64,000 nucleotides of DNA from Eledone cirrhosa (lineage: Eukaryota): NCBI GenBank assembly GCA_964016885.1, contig OZ024742.1, positions 190,278,001-190,342,000 on the forward strand, in the 5' to 3' direction. A program made the translations under genes and the position numbers. The notes beneath the pieces were generated by a model. The model was not told the origin of the DNA and did no database searches. It saw nothing but the letters and a program-made list of their open reading frames with translations. Every line of letters starts with the position of its first letter. The stretch's first letter is position 1. Positions 13,200-26,460 of the stretch are shown here, piece by piece.

Positions 13200-13865
13200 G
13201 ATGCTAACAAGTGTCTGCTTCTCGGACCCCGTACTGCCGAGCTCCCCAGCAAGATCGGATCGTCGGTGGCCCCGTCTGAGGAGAGAGTCCCGCGAGATTG
13301 GATGGCTTTTGCAGCGGGTGTCATTGGAGGAATGCTCTTGCCGTCTCGTCAGCGGGGCTCAGCACTTCTGCCCTCTTGCCCTAGGCCCAAAGCCCAACCC
13401 CCCTCCCCTCTCTTATGCGACACCAGAGCTCAGCCATCCCCTCCCCGATATTTTTCTTCTTTCTTTCCATCCTCTTTTTTTTTTCAATATTTTTATTTTC
13501 CTCTATATTTCCCTATTCTTTCTTTCCTTTTATTTCCCCTTTTTTTTATTATTTCTATATTGAAAATAAACTTCTAATAATTCGTTTATCATTAGTTCTA
13601 ATGTATGGCGTATATATGCAAATGATAGTTGTTATAACTTTGTCCAACTATCAACCGCTCTCTGATAGGTTTGTTATATAGCCTGTGGGAATAGAAACTT
13701 CTGGGGTGCTTGCCCTCGAGACCACATCACTACTCATGGCTATCGTATCGGAGCGGAGTTGATCGTCTGCACGTGCGAACCCCATGATATGGAGTAGATG
13801 TCCCAGCGCGTCTCCCTCGCCGACCTCCGGGCCAATGTATTATCTTTCCTGTCGGTCGGGGTAAA
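13200..13865 (+). mobile_element. two decayed 3' fragments of a CRE-like (RLE) non-LTR retrotransposon
   Basis: Translations ...EIGWLLQRVSL... and ...PVGIETSGVL...QRVSLADLRANV resemble the PxxxETxG...QRxSxAxxRGNA C-terminus of RLE elements. Confidence 0.45.
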
Positions 13866-13930
13866 ATGAAATTTGAATTGTAGGTCGCCCAACACGCGTG
13901 ACCATAATATTAGTCTATTAAAATAGTTTC

Positions 13931-14138
13931 TTATATAGGCACAAGGCCAACCATTTTTTTGGGGTAAGGGGAACGTCGATTAAATCGACCCCAGTGCGTG
14001 ACTGGTACTTTATTTTATCGAACCCGAAAGGATAAAAGGCAAAGTTAACCTCGGCGGGATTTGAACTCAGATCATAAAAGGCCGTAACTCTTTGCTGCAA
14101 AGCATGGTGTCCGACCCTCTACCGATAATGCCAATCCA
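13931..14138 (-). mobile_element. tRNA-derived SINE (Meta/Sauria-like central domain)
   Basis: A-box-like TGGCAtTATCGG, B box GAGTTCAAATCC, core like GCCTTTCATCCTT.CGGGGTCGATAAAATAAAGTACCAG. Confidence 0.85.
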
Positions 14139-14162
14139 TATCCCTATTATTATAATAATTAA

Positions 14163-15076
14163 TCTATATATATATAAAACTGTGGTTGTCTGTCTGTCTA
14201 TCGATTTTTGGCACACATCTCCTCTTAGAATCTCTCACGGAATTGCACCGAAATTGCTATACTTGTACATTGAGCCCTAGCGAAGACATCGGAAAAAAAA
14301 TATTTCAAATTGACCCGCCCTATCTGACGAAATCGAATATAATGTATCGATTTTTGAGCGTAAGTTATCAGTTATTTCCCTTTGTTCTGTTTACATTGAG
14401 CGTCTTACGTAAAAAATTACGCTGGCTTTCTCAGCGTTTAAAATGACATTAACACAATACACGAACAGACAGTTGTCGAGCCAGCAAAATATTGACCTGC
14501 ATTTCCATTTAAAAGCATTTTAAAACAATATTTTTACTTGAAAACAAGTCTATTTAAAGACTACGTAAAACAAGCAAATATTTCGTCGTTAGGCGTGCAG
14601 ACAGACAGTCGTGCAGACAGACAGTCGTGCAGAGAGGTGATATACGCGTGCAGACAGACAGTCGTGCAGAGAGGTGATATAGGCGTGCAGACAGACAGTC
14701 GTGCAGAGAGGTGATATAGGCGTGCAGACAGACAGTCGTGCAGAGAGGTGATATAGGCGTGCAGACAGACATAACTGATAATTTGGTTACGCTAATGTTT
14801 TTCTCTGCGTTGCAGTGTTTACATTTTCGATCTTTGTTAATAAATAACCAGTACAGTTTCTATCCCCAGCATCCTCTTTTGTTATAACATTCGGGTTATC
14901 GTTATGTTTTCTTAACTTCAAAAGGCATATTGTTGGTTGAGGGAATATTAATCAAAAACACCACATGCAAGTCTGCACAGTAGACACTACAGTTTTTAAG
15001 CCAAGAAAGAAACTTAACATTGTAACTTTAACACAGCTACTGAGCGACCCCGAGCAACGCCGGGCTTTACTGCTAG
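14163..15076 (+). mobile_element. non-autonomous Helitron
   Basis: 5' TCTATATATATATAAAA start, internal (GTCT)n, 3' hairpin cccgagcaacgccggg then CTAG, inserted between A and T. Internal 37-bp tandem repeat at 14591-14770. Confidence 0.85.
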
Positions 15077-15111
15077 TATAAAATAATATAATTAATATTA
15101 AAATAAATAAG

Positions 15112-15296
15112 TGTTTCTACTTTTGGCACAAGGCCAGCAATTATATCAGTGTATTACTGGTACTTTATTTTATCGACCCCATTAGGATGAAAGGCAAAGT
15201 TAACTTCGGCGGTATTTGAACTCAGTCCGTAAAGGGTTGTAACTATGCTAGAAAGCATGGCGTCCGACCCTCTACCGATACCGCCAATCCACCGCC
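15112..15296 (-). mobile_element. tRNA-derived SINE
   Basis: Same family as 13931-14138. Confidence 0.85.
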
Positions 15297-15827
15297 TTAT
15301 AAAAATAAATAATATTTGAGAAAATCGAGTAAAGTTACTCAGGAGACAGAAAACATAGTGGGCACCTACATTTCAAAATTCCAAATATTTCTTAAGTCAA
15401 CCGATTGTTTATACTTATAGCTACCGGCTTAAATCTTCTGAAAATGACAGAATTAATAAGCAGTGGCTGTTTAAGTTGGTTACTTTCTCTCTATTTCTTT
15501 AAAAGTACAGCTATGATTTGTTATGGGTGTTGTTAGGGTTAAGAATAGACCTGTCTTTCCTCAAAGGAAATTTTTTTTCGTTTCTGCCTCTGCTCATTTT
15601 CTCTGTATTCTGAGATGAGTTGGCACACGCGTTAGAGTGTCAAATTAAAAACCTCATGAAGTATTTGTTCAGGTAAATCATTAGTAATAGCATGGTATAT
15701 GTTACATTGTCATACTCGATTGCGAGTGACGGCCGTAGCCTTTTCTTTTTCACGTTTTCAGCTTCAGAAATATGCATTCTACTACACTATGTATAGCTTA
15801 TACTTCTATCTCTCCGTCTTTTATGTA

Positions 15828-16042
15828 CGATGGTCGACTTAAAAGTTCGTAGGCTGACTATGAAAGATTGATAGCTAGAGCTATGAAATCTTGCATGCAT
15901 TAATTTCAACTCTTCTTATTAATAACTGCATTGTTTCTTTCCAGGGACTATGTTGAAAAATAAACCTCATTTGAAAATTCCATGAGAGTATCTTGGTCAG
16001 CCTATGAGCTTTTCCATGTATGAACTTTTTAGCTGACCCATG
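15828..16042 (+). mobile_element. mariner-derived MITE
   Basis: TA-flanked imperfect TIRs (cgatggtcgacttaaaagttcgtaggctgac / gtcagcctatga...tttagctgacccatg). Retains the transposase C-terminus GDYVEK*. Confidence 0.75.
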
Positions 16043-16065
16043 TATACACTCCAAAATAGATGTTG

Positions 16066-16450
16066 CGTTGGTTGATTGGTTAAGAAGTTCGTTTCGAAAT
16101 CATGAGATACCGGGTTCGATTCTACTGCGTGGTATCTCAGACAAGGGCACTTGCCATAACCCCGAGTTGACCGAAGACTCATTAATGAAATTTGGTAGAT
16201 GGAAACTGTAGATGTTCGTCGATGTGGGTCGTACGTGCAATTCAAATGCTCAGCTTTGTCACATATTGTCACGATGATTGAACTAGGGAATTACCTGAAG
16301 TGTACGGGTATAGATGTGTATGGAATACTCAACCACTTATACGTTAATTCAAGAGTTGGACTTTCAGTTGATAGAATTACTGAATGTTGAGCGTCGAAAG
16401 CGACGGAACAGCCATAATACAGTCTACCAACTTTGCTACGAGAATGAATC
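16066..16450 (+). mobile_element. older tRNA-derived SINE, second family
   Basis: tggttaag...gggttcgattc A/B boxes. Related degenerate copies at ~17640-17800 (-), 17865-18125 (+) and 26560-26640 (-). Confidence 0.55.
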
Positions 16451-19179
16451 CATTGACCATAGCTATTAAATTTCCGGATGCAACTCTCTTCTGCATCGAT
16501 ATCATTTTTCCTCTTTCACTGAACACCGAAAATATTTATAGTAGTTTGAGAAAAAAAAACTTATAATAAAACCAAAAAATCTAACAAATGACAAAAAAAA
16601 GAAAAAGAAAACAAAAATAAAGCAAAAACAAATTACCAGTAATGTATTGAAAACGGTCCAAGTGTATGGAGTGTTTGAAAGATAGGAAAAGACGCTATAA
16701 TTTTTGTAACAAGGTATCTGTGAAGAACGGGTTGACTGCTCCCACCAAAAACGGAAGTGTATACAACCGTTTGACTTAAGAAGCATTGGAAAATTTAAAA
16801 TTGTAGGTGTCCCAACACATATGACCATAATAATGGTCGATCAATATAAAAAAAATAGTTCAGAAAATCGAATCAAGTTCTTCTTGAGACGGAAAAAATA
16901 GTGAACGCCAATATTTTAAATTTCAAAATTTCGCAATGGTTCTTTACACTTCTAGCTACAGGCTTAAATCTTCTAAAATGACAGAACTAATGGGCAACGG
17001 CTCTTTGGCGTGTTGGTTACCGTACTCACTAGCCACTGGAAGATACAGTGTTCTATTCCTCATATGCGACCCCTACCACATTTTGTATTTCCTGGAAATG
17101 TATAACTTAGTTTTGTTAAGAGATTTATTAGAAATAAAAGAAGTAGGCCAATGAAAGAATTCACCTAGGAAAATGTCACATTTTATTTAAAAATAATGAG
17201 TTATTGTTTTTCGTCCGATTTTTCAATACATTACTTCTTTTTCGCTTCCATTCTCTGATAATTTGTTTTTGTTGTTTTTTGCTAGAAGGGGCCAGGAGCT
17301 TACTACGGTTTTAGGGGAGTCAAAAGATTGACAGTACTAGACAGACACCAATGCGTTGTAAGCCATAAAGCTTTCCTAGTTGTTTACCGCAGTTGGTCTG
17401 GGGCTGCTTATTCGTCAGGCAGTTGCCTGTTTATGTCCCAACTAACCATCATATCTGGTGACCTTATCTCTATCTGCCGCCTGTGACCAGTTCTCTAGCA
17501 GAATAGCTCTGCAAAGAAAGAAGAAGTAGAGAGTATATACTAGAAGGGTACATACTAGAAGGGACCTGGAGTTTCCCATGGTTTTAGGGAGGTTAAAGGA
17601 CCGATAGTCCTAGAGAAACACCAATATGTCACAAGCCTTGAATCTCAGTTGCTGAGCGAGGTTCTCCTTTTCGGCTGAGTCATCTGAAGCAACGTAAAAT
17701 GAAGTGCTTTCCTTAAAGACGCAATTCTTTTACCGGTTTGGATATCAAACCCATGGCTTAATAATCGTGGGTCCAACTCCTTAACTACTCAGCTACGCTC
17801 TTTGTCACTCTATTTTGACAATACCATGAAATAACTAATTTATTTAAAACATGTAAAGTTACGTTGCTTACTGGTTAGGCTGTTCGGTTGACGATCTAAA
17901 GATCATAAGTTCGGTTCCTCGCGGATCTGTGTGTGCTTGAGCAATATAATTAATTTTACGTTGTTTCAGTCCACTCAGCTGGCAAATATGAGTTGTATTT
18001 GTAATTGAAAGGGTGTGCCTTGTCACGTCTCAGTTACGCTTAATCTCCCCGAGAACTATATCAAGGGCACACATATTTGTGGAATCAAACTCTTACATGA
18101 TAATATTTACCGAGCAGGCTGTTTCTTTTTTTCTCTTTTTTTACTTATTTATTTCACTAGCCGTGTATAAATTTAAAATATAAAAAAGAAGAGAACAAAA
18201 AATTTCTTAGAAATGGAATGAAGCGGTTCATTATTGACAACGTGCTAATCAGGCTAGTGATGCCATCGAGAAGGATTATAGTACCCCCCCCCCCCCAAAA
18301 AAAAACAATCAACCTTTCATGACTGATCACTCGTCGTCGGAAACGTATTTAAAACATTGAAATCTAATCTAGACAGATATGGGAATAAACAAAAAGACAA
18401 AAAAGCATTGAATAGCTCTTAACATTCGGTTCAATTATTCTATTTTTCTAACCAAAATTGTAACATTTTTGTGTGACTTTTTTCTTGTGATATTATTTTC
18501 GTTCACTATTAAGATTTTGAAATAACGAGTTGGAAAATATCTGAAGTAGGAGAGAATCAAATATCCCTTGTGGTCCATACAATGTTAAGATACACAAAGA
18601 CACGATCTTTATATTTACTGCACTAAGTGAACTCTAAACAAAATATCAACATCAAAGGATGTTCAATTATTTTTCTTAATTCAAAAGACGATGATCATGT
18701 GTGAAGCTGTCGGTGTAGATGTTCAGTAATATTTTGTCTTAGATTAATCACATAACACTATTCTATTACATATGGGGATTAACTCAATATATATAGAAGC
18801 CTTTTCTTTTCATAGTTTCTTTTTTCAGTTAGTCTTGATTCCTGCGTTTCCTTTCACAATTATCTCATTATTATTTTGTTAAGTTAACTCTCCACACACG
18901 CTTACATACATACATACATACTTACATACATACATACATTCATACATTCATACATATATATATATATGTAGATCCCGAGTTAAATCGGAGGTAACCACAA
19001 TAAATAAGGTACTCAATACATTAGTAGAGTGAAAACATCACTATTTGAAAATAGAAATGAAATCATCAGGAATGATTATTCCTGATAATTTCATACGAAT
19101 GAAACATTTCTAGTCTTGTAGAAGCCATTTCTTAAATATATATATATATATGTACACGTATGTTATTGGTTATTGACTG

Positions 19180-19365
19180 ACGTGAGAGTCACTCCAGATA
19201 GAGCCACTACCTTGGGCATGTGGTTAGAATGTCTCAGGAAAGAATCGCGGGATAAATTTTATGGGCAAAACCAACTGGCAGGAAACTCAGGAGTAGATTC
19301 CAAGCAAGATGGTTAAATAAAATCTATGAGCTTGGCTGGTTTCGCTTGGGAATCCCACCGGATCA
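19180..19365 (+). mobile_element. RTE-clade LINE 3' fragment
   Basis: Homologous to 61480-61700 (GHVVRM...RW..I). Confidence 0.65.
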
Positions 19366-19968
19366 TTTAAAGATGGTTAGTTCTGATAGGACCTGCTGGA
19401 AGTAATGTTTGAGGACTCTACCTCCATGATCCTCTCTCAGGAATAAGTGGGCGAAGAAGAAGATAAAGAAAGATCGCAATATATCAAAGTCACTACTGAT
19501 AAACATGGGTAATACAATGTTCCCAATACCTTCCCCCGCAAAAAAAAAAAAAAAAAGATTAAAAGACGTTTTCATCTCCTCAGAACTTTAAGCTAGTTTC
19601 TGTAAAACAGCTTTATTCAAAAGAACATCTATTGTATCAGTAATAGCTAGAATTCAAAACTTAATCGCTTAGTAAATTTCCATTATTGTTTTAAACAGCT
19701 ACAAATAAAAGAGAAACACGTCATCACAATAAAGTAATCAAAATTGTTTCGAACAAAATATTAAGAAAAGTTCCTTTTTGTTAGAAGATTTCAGACCTAA
19801 CAGAAATAAAACTATTTAATTTTAGGATTAAACAATTTTTTTTCGACAATTTCTTCCAGAATTCAATCTAATTCTGAACGGTGGAGAGTTTGTGTGGTAG
19901 AGAGATAATGGACGTATAAGTGAACAAATAAATAAATGAACAAATAACTGAATAAAAAAATAGATGAA

Positions 19969-20011
<43 letters not shown>

Positions 20012-20959
20012 AATGTATATGAAGAAATACAGGAAATAGAATGAAACAAAGAAAGACTAATGCATAAGGAGACATAAAAAGATTGATGGACAGAGATTAA
20101 AACCTCAATTTAAAGATAAGTTAAATAGACTAACACGTGGTTTCTCTCCTCTCTACCCATTGCTCGGTTTTTAGTCTTGTATATCTTCGATTTTCTTCTA
20201 CTCTTTCTCCCAATGATCCCCCATTCTCTCTCTTATTCTATCTTCTGATGAATGACAAACGTCCGAACCGTTACGACAGTTTTCCAGTTATAACTAATAT
20301 ATCATCTTTGTATTGTATTAGACTCCTGTGAAACTTTTCTTTGTTGACTTTTGTAACACACACACACACAGACACACACAGGCACAGGCATCCCGATGTA
20401 ATCTAGAGATTCTGGTATTGAAATCCAGGACTTGGCAACGGCAATGAACGACGGACCCACGTGGAGATTAATTGTTGAGTCGATCTCGGCTGAGGCCGCC
20501 GGATGTTGATGATTTTAATTTAAACCTTAAGAGGAACGTATTTTAAGTACCATAGTGTAAAAGAAATTTCAACGAAATAATCCACAATACAAAGAACAAG
20601 AATTAAAAGAAATACTAGATCATAAGGGCCTCTATGTTGCAGCCAAATGTCAAAATGCTTTCCTAAAACAAGCAGTCAAAACAAAGTAATTAAAAGGTAG
20701 TTAGCTTTAAAAATAAGTTGCTTTTTCGTTTTTTATACAAATAGTACATAGTGATTAAATTTTACTAAATAATGTAGATTTTAAGATTTTAAGATTATAT
20801 GGTAACGCACCCCCACAGTATAAAAATTATTATTATATTCTTACGGGGTCGATAAAATAAAGTACTAGTAATGAACTGGGTAATTATTGGCCTTGTGCCA
20901 AAAGTAGAAGCAATTATTATATACAGAAATACCTAGCAGTAGCAAAAGTTGGTGGAGAC

Positions 20960-21031
<72 letters not shown>

Positions 21032-21278
21032 TGGGTGAAGGAGATGGAGGATAATGACAAAAATAGAGGCAATAGATTTGATGCAAAGATAATTGAAACG
21101 TCATTTTGAAATCAGCTTTGCTTCAGCTTTGTTTTGTTCTTTTAATGATTAGACTACGCAGTATTTATAATTTCATGTCTGGTACTTAATTTATGGGTCT
21201 GTTTCTGTTGAACCGCTAAGTCATGAGACACAAATGCAGGCGCAGACACAAGCGTTAACATAGACACAGACTCACATG

Positions 21279-21379
<101 letters not shown>

Positions 21380-21419
21380 TGTATAGGCTTGGTTGTGTGT
21401 GTGTGTGTGTATATATAAA

Positions 21420-21760
21420 CGGAAAAAAATGAAACGAAATTTCATTTCTCTTTTTTTCCTTTTTTTTTTCCGTTTATCGTTTTCGGTACCCCGGCCGATT
21501 AACTCACTCGATATGCAAATTAGGCTGCTCAGCCGTTAATATGCACAAGGAAAGTATATACTTTCAGACGTTCAACCATCTGGCAGGAAGGTATAAGTTG
21601 CTGACGATAGCTAATAAGCTTGAAACTAGTACAGCGTTCCTTTGTCAGAGTTGAACAAATGAGCAACGGTGGTTGCTAGACACTGTACGGCTTAATTCGG
21701 GATGTTTGTTTACAAACACACCGAGCATTATAATAAATGTTCGGTGAATCCATACGTACA
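21420..21760 (+). mobile_element. short non-coding hammerhead-bearing element
   Basis: Flanked by (TA)/(TG) tracts. A related copy lies inverted at ~43990-44420. Confidence 0.7.
21597..21635 (+). ncRNA. minimal type I hammerhead ribozyme
   Basis: gttg-CTGACGA-tAGCT aata AGCTt-GAAA-CTAG-TA|cagc. Stem I gttg/cagc, palindromic stem III, GUA site. Confidence 0.85.
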
Positions 21761-21855
21761 TATATATATGTGTGCATGTATGTATGTATATATATATACA
21801 TACACACACACACACACACACTACTGTACGTCTGTATACATATATGTATGTACGT

Positions 21856-21890
<35 letters not shown>

Positions 21891-22252
21891 TATATATAAA
21901 GAAAATGTGAGAAAAAACACAGACCCTCCATCTCAACTCTACTTTTATAAAGCAGAAGAACTGCGAACCGGTAAAGGAACCAAATAAATATATATATTTT
22001 TTTAAAAATAAGACTCTAGTTGCATTTTCGATTTCATCTTTTTTTCTTTATACTTTCACTCGTGTAGGATACCTCGGTTATTTTTCATTTTGTAAAAAGA
22101 AACTCACTTTATAATATATATATATATATATATTAGATAATACACTCTAGTTCACCACAGCTAGAAATAAGATTAGACAAATAGTAGACCGGTATACTAA
22201 GAGACAGAGCAGACCAGAGGCCCAACAACTTGGGAGGAAACCTGTAGAAGGC

Positions 22253-24398
22253 TTGGTTAGCCTCAAGCAGCACACAAGGGATGGTGAGGTAGTATGTCTA
22301 CCCACGGATAAGTCGGGTAGGATGTCAATAGATAGCATGCCGAACTACATCAAGGCTATGCAACCCCACATCACCAACACGAGCGAAATTGCACAGCAAA
22401 CACATGATGGGAGAGAGAAAATCGTCAACGCTCACATGATGATGTGGACTGACATTCTAAAGCCAAGCAGATGCACTGCCAACAACTTCCAGGCGTCTAA
22501 CAATGGCATACCACACTTGTATGGGCTCCGCAAAGACCACAAGACAGTCAACGACCCGACAACAGGACCACCAACAAGACCCGTATGCGGATCTCCTACT
22601 TCTTCTCAATGGTTATACGCCCCATAATCAAGATGTCCCCAGATGTATGTGACAGTACAGAGGACCTCCTCAGCAGAATCAGTGAGTGCAACAACAACAA
22701 AAACAGGAACCTATCCAACTGCATAATAGGCAGCATGGATGTGGTATCACTGTACCCATCCATTAACATTGATTTTGCTGTGGAAAAATGTGTGGAGATG
22801 ATCATTGAGATTGAGGTGGAGTTCTGCGACGTCGACACAGACGAACTGGGCCTCCTACTTAGACTTACCTACGACACTGACTACCTAGACAGCCATGACC
22901 TTAGACGTTTCTGCCCTAGTAGACCCATAAGAGGAAGACCCCCCACCATAACCTCCATGGCAAAAAAGACTCCCATGGGAAGGTGGATTGGGTGGACCAA
23001 AGCTATACGGACCCCCCAAAACAATGATCAGGTAAAAAAAATGGTCGCACATGCAATAGGGGCTAGTATCAAAACTACCCTAAAGGGCCACATATTCAAG
23101 TTCAACGAGAAGATCTACATCCAAAATGAGGGAGCAGCCATTGGCGTCAGCATAGCTGGTGATATTGCCAACCTTTTTATGGTATGGTGGGAAAGGAGAC
23201 TTAAAGATCTCCTTAATGAGAGCTCCATAGACCTCATCATGTACTCTCGTTACGTAGACGATATCAATATAGTTATAAGAACATCCCCACTAGAGAGCAC
23301 TAACAAGTTTGATTTAGAACGTAGCACAATGGAAAGCATCCAGCAGGTAGCTAATTCCATACACCAGAGTATAACTGTAACTATCGACTACCCTTCCAAA
23401 CACCCTAACAATAGACTACCTGTATTAGACACGGAACTCTGGATTAACACTATAGACGAGAGAGAGCCCAAATTCTCCACTCACACTATGCTAAACCCAT
23501 GGCCTCCAAATACCTGATACTCAAAAACTCAGCAATGACCAGTAGTGCTAAGTTTAATATTCTGATCGCAGATTTGGTACGAGTGATGAAGAATGTGTCC
23601 CGCATGTGCGACCCAACAGAAATGAAAAGACACATCCAACACTTCATCAACCGCATGCAGTTCTCTGGCTACAACCAAAGAGACAGAGTCAGAGTATACG
23701 AAGGAGCCATGGAGAAGTATAAGACCCTCATAGAACTGGACATGAAAGGAATTTGCCCATTATACAGGAGCAAATCCTGGAATAGCTTAGATAGGGTTAG
23801 ACATAAGATAGGGAAAGCCACCTCATGGTACGACAACCAGAGATACCAGAGTGTCATGTTTGTGGATGCTACCCCTGGAGGGAAATTAGCTAACCAGTGT
23901 AGAAAGGCCCTGAGAAAGACCCACTTAAAGATTAAGGTGGTAGAAAAGCCAGGAACCACCATAAAATCCCTGATCAGCAAAACCTACCCTTTTAAGAAAA
24001 CCCACTGTACTAATAGGAAGTGTATCATATGTAAGATAAACCCCCGGATAAACTGTAAAACTAGAAACGTAGTCTATAGCATAAGATCTACAGAGGGTAC
24101 TTGCAGAAACATGACAACAACATACATAGGCGAAAGAGCTCGTAGCATAAGTGAAAGGATAGACCAACACTGGGGGAACTAAAAGGACGAAAAAACGGAT
24201 CAGTACTATACGAACATGCCAGACAACAACACGACGGTAACATAGACAACATAGAAATTAGAATAATATCTAAACTTATAAATGACCCAGCAGATAGGCA
24301 AATCAGAGAGGCCAGTGAAATAGAACTTAGAAGGCCAAGACTAAACAGAAAGAATGAATGGAATAACAACAACACCCAAACAAACAACACTGACTTAA
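22253..24398 (+). pseudogene. PLE RT-GIY-YIG polyprotein, frameshifted
   Basis: ORFs 22253..22627, 22585..23517 and 23499..24182 plus continuation (SVLYEHA...RQIREASEIELRRPRLNRKNEW). Confidence 0.88.
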
Positions 24399-24671
24399 GA
24401 GAAGTATAAATAAATAGATAAATAAATAAATACATACACAAGCACAATAACAACAAACACATATAAACACACACTAGTAAACATAGAACACATTAACCAA
24501 TACACAGTCACCCAATCACGAACACACATCAAACAAAACACTATACACACACGCAAACGCATGCGCAAAGAAGACAAAATAAAATAAACAAACAATCAAA
24601 TAAATAAATAAATAAATATATAAACAGACTAAATAAAGATGGCGTAGAAATACAATGCAACGGGAGGAATC

Positions 24672-24727
24672 TATAGCACCACTGACGATGTTGCAGATGT
24701 GCAACGAAAGAACTTTGATAAACTATA
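24672..24727 (+). ncRNA. type I hammerhead ribozyme in PLE terminus
   Basis: ca-CTGACGA-t-GTTGCA gatg TGCAAC-GAAA-GAAC-TT|tg, with tatag/ctata extending stem I. Confidence 0.75.
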
Positions 24728-24919
24728 TATATGTGTTTGTGACTATATTGTATCTGTATTATTTTTGACCGTTGGTCAGTCAATGGCAACATTGAGGACC
24801 GCATACATTTGATTACCGATATAAAAGACACAGAAGCGAAAATCGAAAACCAACCAAACAGTGAGTGTGTTCTGTTATTAATTCTGGCAATATTACACAA
24901 ATATGACCCTCCCCAAGTA

Positions 24920-24967
<48 letters not shown>

Positions 24968-25191
24968 TTGTTTGTTATAATAGATCTTTGAAGGAATTTC
25001 ACCAGTCCGGCCTCCTGTAATTTTACTCAATGATAATTAACTCCGTTGTCGCACCACCAACAAGATTCAACATCGAAGATGGATGAGTTGCATAACGCCG
25101 AGTGCTTTTTCTAATATTACATCATGGTTGACTATACGGAATGACCAGTTCTCTCCAGTGGTGAACCAACAAACATATATATATATATACA

Positions 25192-26460
25192 CAGGGGTTG
25201 GACAAAATAATGGAAATACCTAGCATCGTAGCATCATAATTTTGAAATATCTATAAAGCCTCAAAAGCTTGTTTATTTTTTATGTTTTTTTATTTATTAT
25301 TAGTGTTGCTTAATATGTTTTGTTAAAATTGCTGTTTCTTTTCAGATATCATCAGAAAAAGGTAATTAAAATTCATTAAAATGACAGATCTATCCCACTT
25401 TCAAAGAGGTCAAATTGTTGGTGCTCGTATGGCAGGCGCTAACGTAACGAAAACAGCCGAAATGTTTGGTGTATCAAGAAGTAGTCTCGAAAGTAATGAC
25501 AGCCTTTGAGAAAGAGGGGAAAACCTCCTCGTCGAAACAAAACTCCGGAAGAAAACCAAAACTTTCAGATAGGGACCGTCGGACTCTTACGCGAATTGTT
25601 ATAAAGGATCACAAAAGTACAGCTCCCAAAATTACTGCAGAGCTTAATGACCACCTCGAGAACCCAGTTTCCACAAAAACTGTTCGCCGGGAGCTGCACA
25701 AAGCCGGATTTCACGGGAGGACTGCAATCAGAAAACCACTACTTTCAAAAACAAACGTTGCAAAGCGTTTAGAGTGGAGTAAAAGCCTACAGAATTGGTC
25801 CATAGAGCAGTGGAAGAATGTTATTTTCTCGGACGTGTCATCTATTACCTTATTTCCGACCACCGGCCGAGTATACGTGTGGAGACAGCCAAAAGAAGCA
25901 TTTGACCCAGACTGCCTTCTTCCAACTGTTAAACATGGATGATCATCTGTGATGATCTGGGGGCTATATCTTGTAAATCCGCCGGCCCAATGGTTTCCCT
26001 TCATGGCAGAATTAATATTCAAGACTATTTAAGCATTTTATCTGATCAATTCATCCTATGGTTGCGGAATTGTTTCCGGAGGGAAACGCAATCTTTCAGG
26101 CTGATAATGCACCAATTCACACAGCTAAAGTTGTTACTGAATGACACGAGGAACATTCTAGTGAAGTTGAACATCTTATCTGGCCACCACAGTCCCCAGA
26201 TCTCAATATTATTGAACATTTATGGTGCATTTTAGAAAAACGAGTAAGGTGTCGATATCCTCCACCATCATCACTACAAGAACAGGAAATTGTTTTAGCT
26301 GAAGAATGGACAAAAATTCCTTTGGAAACAATTCAAACTTTGTACGAGTCCATACCTCGTAGAATTCAAGCTGTAATTACTGCCAAAGGCGGTCCTACCC
26401 CATATTAGAATAAATTTGTTTCAAATTTTAAGGTATTTCCATTATTTTGTCCAACCTCTG
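25192..26460 (+). mobile_element. Tc1-family DNA transposon, decayed full length
   Basis: ~30-bp TIRs caggggttggacaaaataatggaaatacct / aggtatttccattattttgtccaacctctg, TA on the right flank. Confidence 0.93.
25381..26408 (+). pseudogene. Tc1 (DD34E-type) transposase, frameshifted
   Basis: MTDLSHFQRGQIVG, SGRKPKLSDRD, WKNVIFSD, TVKHG, DNAPIH, WPPQSPDLNIIEHLW, GGPTPY*. Confidence 0.9.

Larger units (their letters stand above)
22140..24925 (+). mobile_element. 5'-truncated Penelope-like element (RT + GIY-YIG + terminal repeat with HHR)
   Basis: PTDKSGR, LYGLRKDHK, SMDVVSLYPSI, GAAIGVSIA, RYVDDI, LPVLDTELW, then CxxC..NVVYSI...YIGE.ARS..ER..QH. Flanked by (TA)n. Confidence 0.92.

Noticed and set aside
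15915-15965. Possible host exon (polypyrimidine tract + CAG acceptor)
   Set aside because: It lies inside a mariner MITE and the downstream sequence is the transposase terminus GDYVEK*.
18970-19135. Functional hammerhead in the 18970 and 42060-42220 repeat family
   Set aside because: CTGATGA...GAAAC is present at 42164-42187 but stem I does not close properly, and the 19082 copy has a mutated core. Counted only as decayed.
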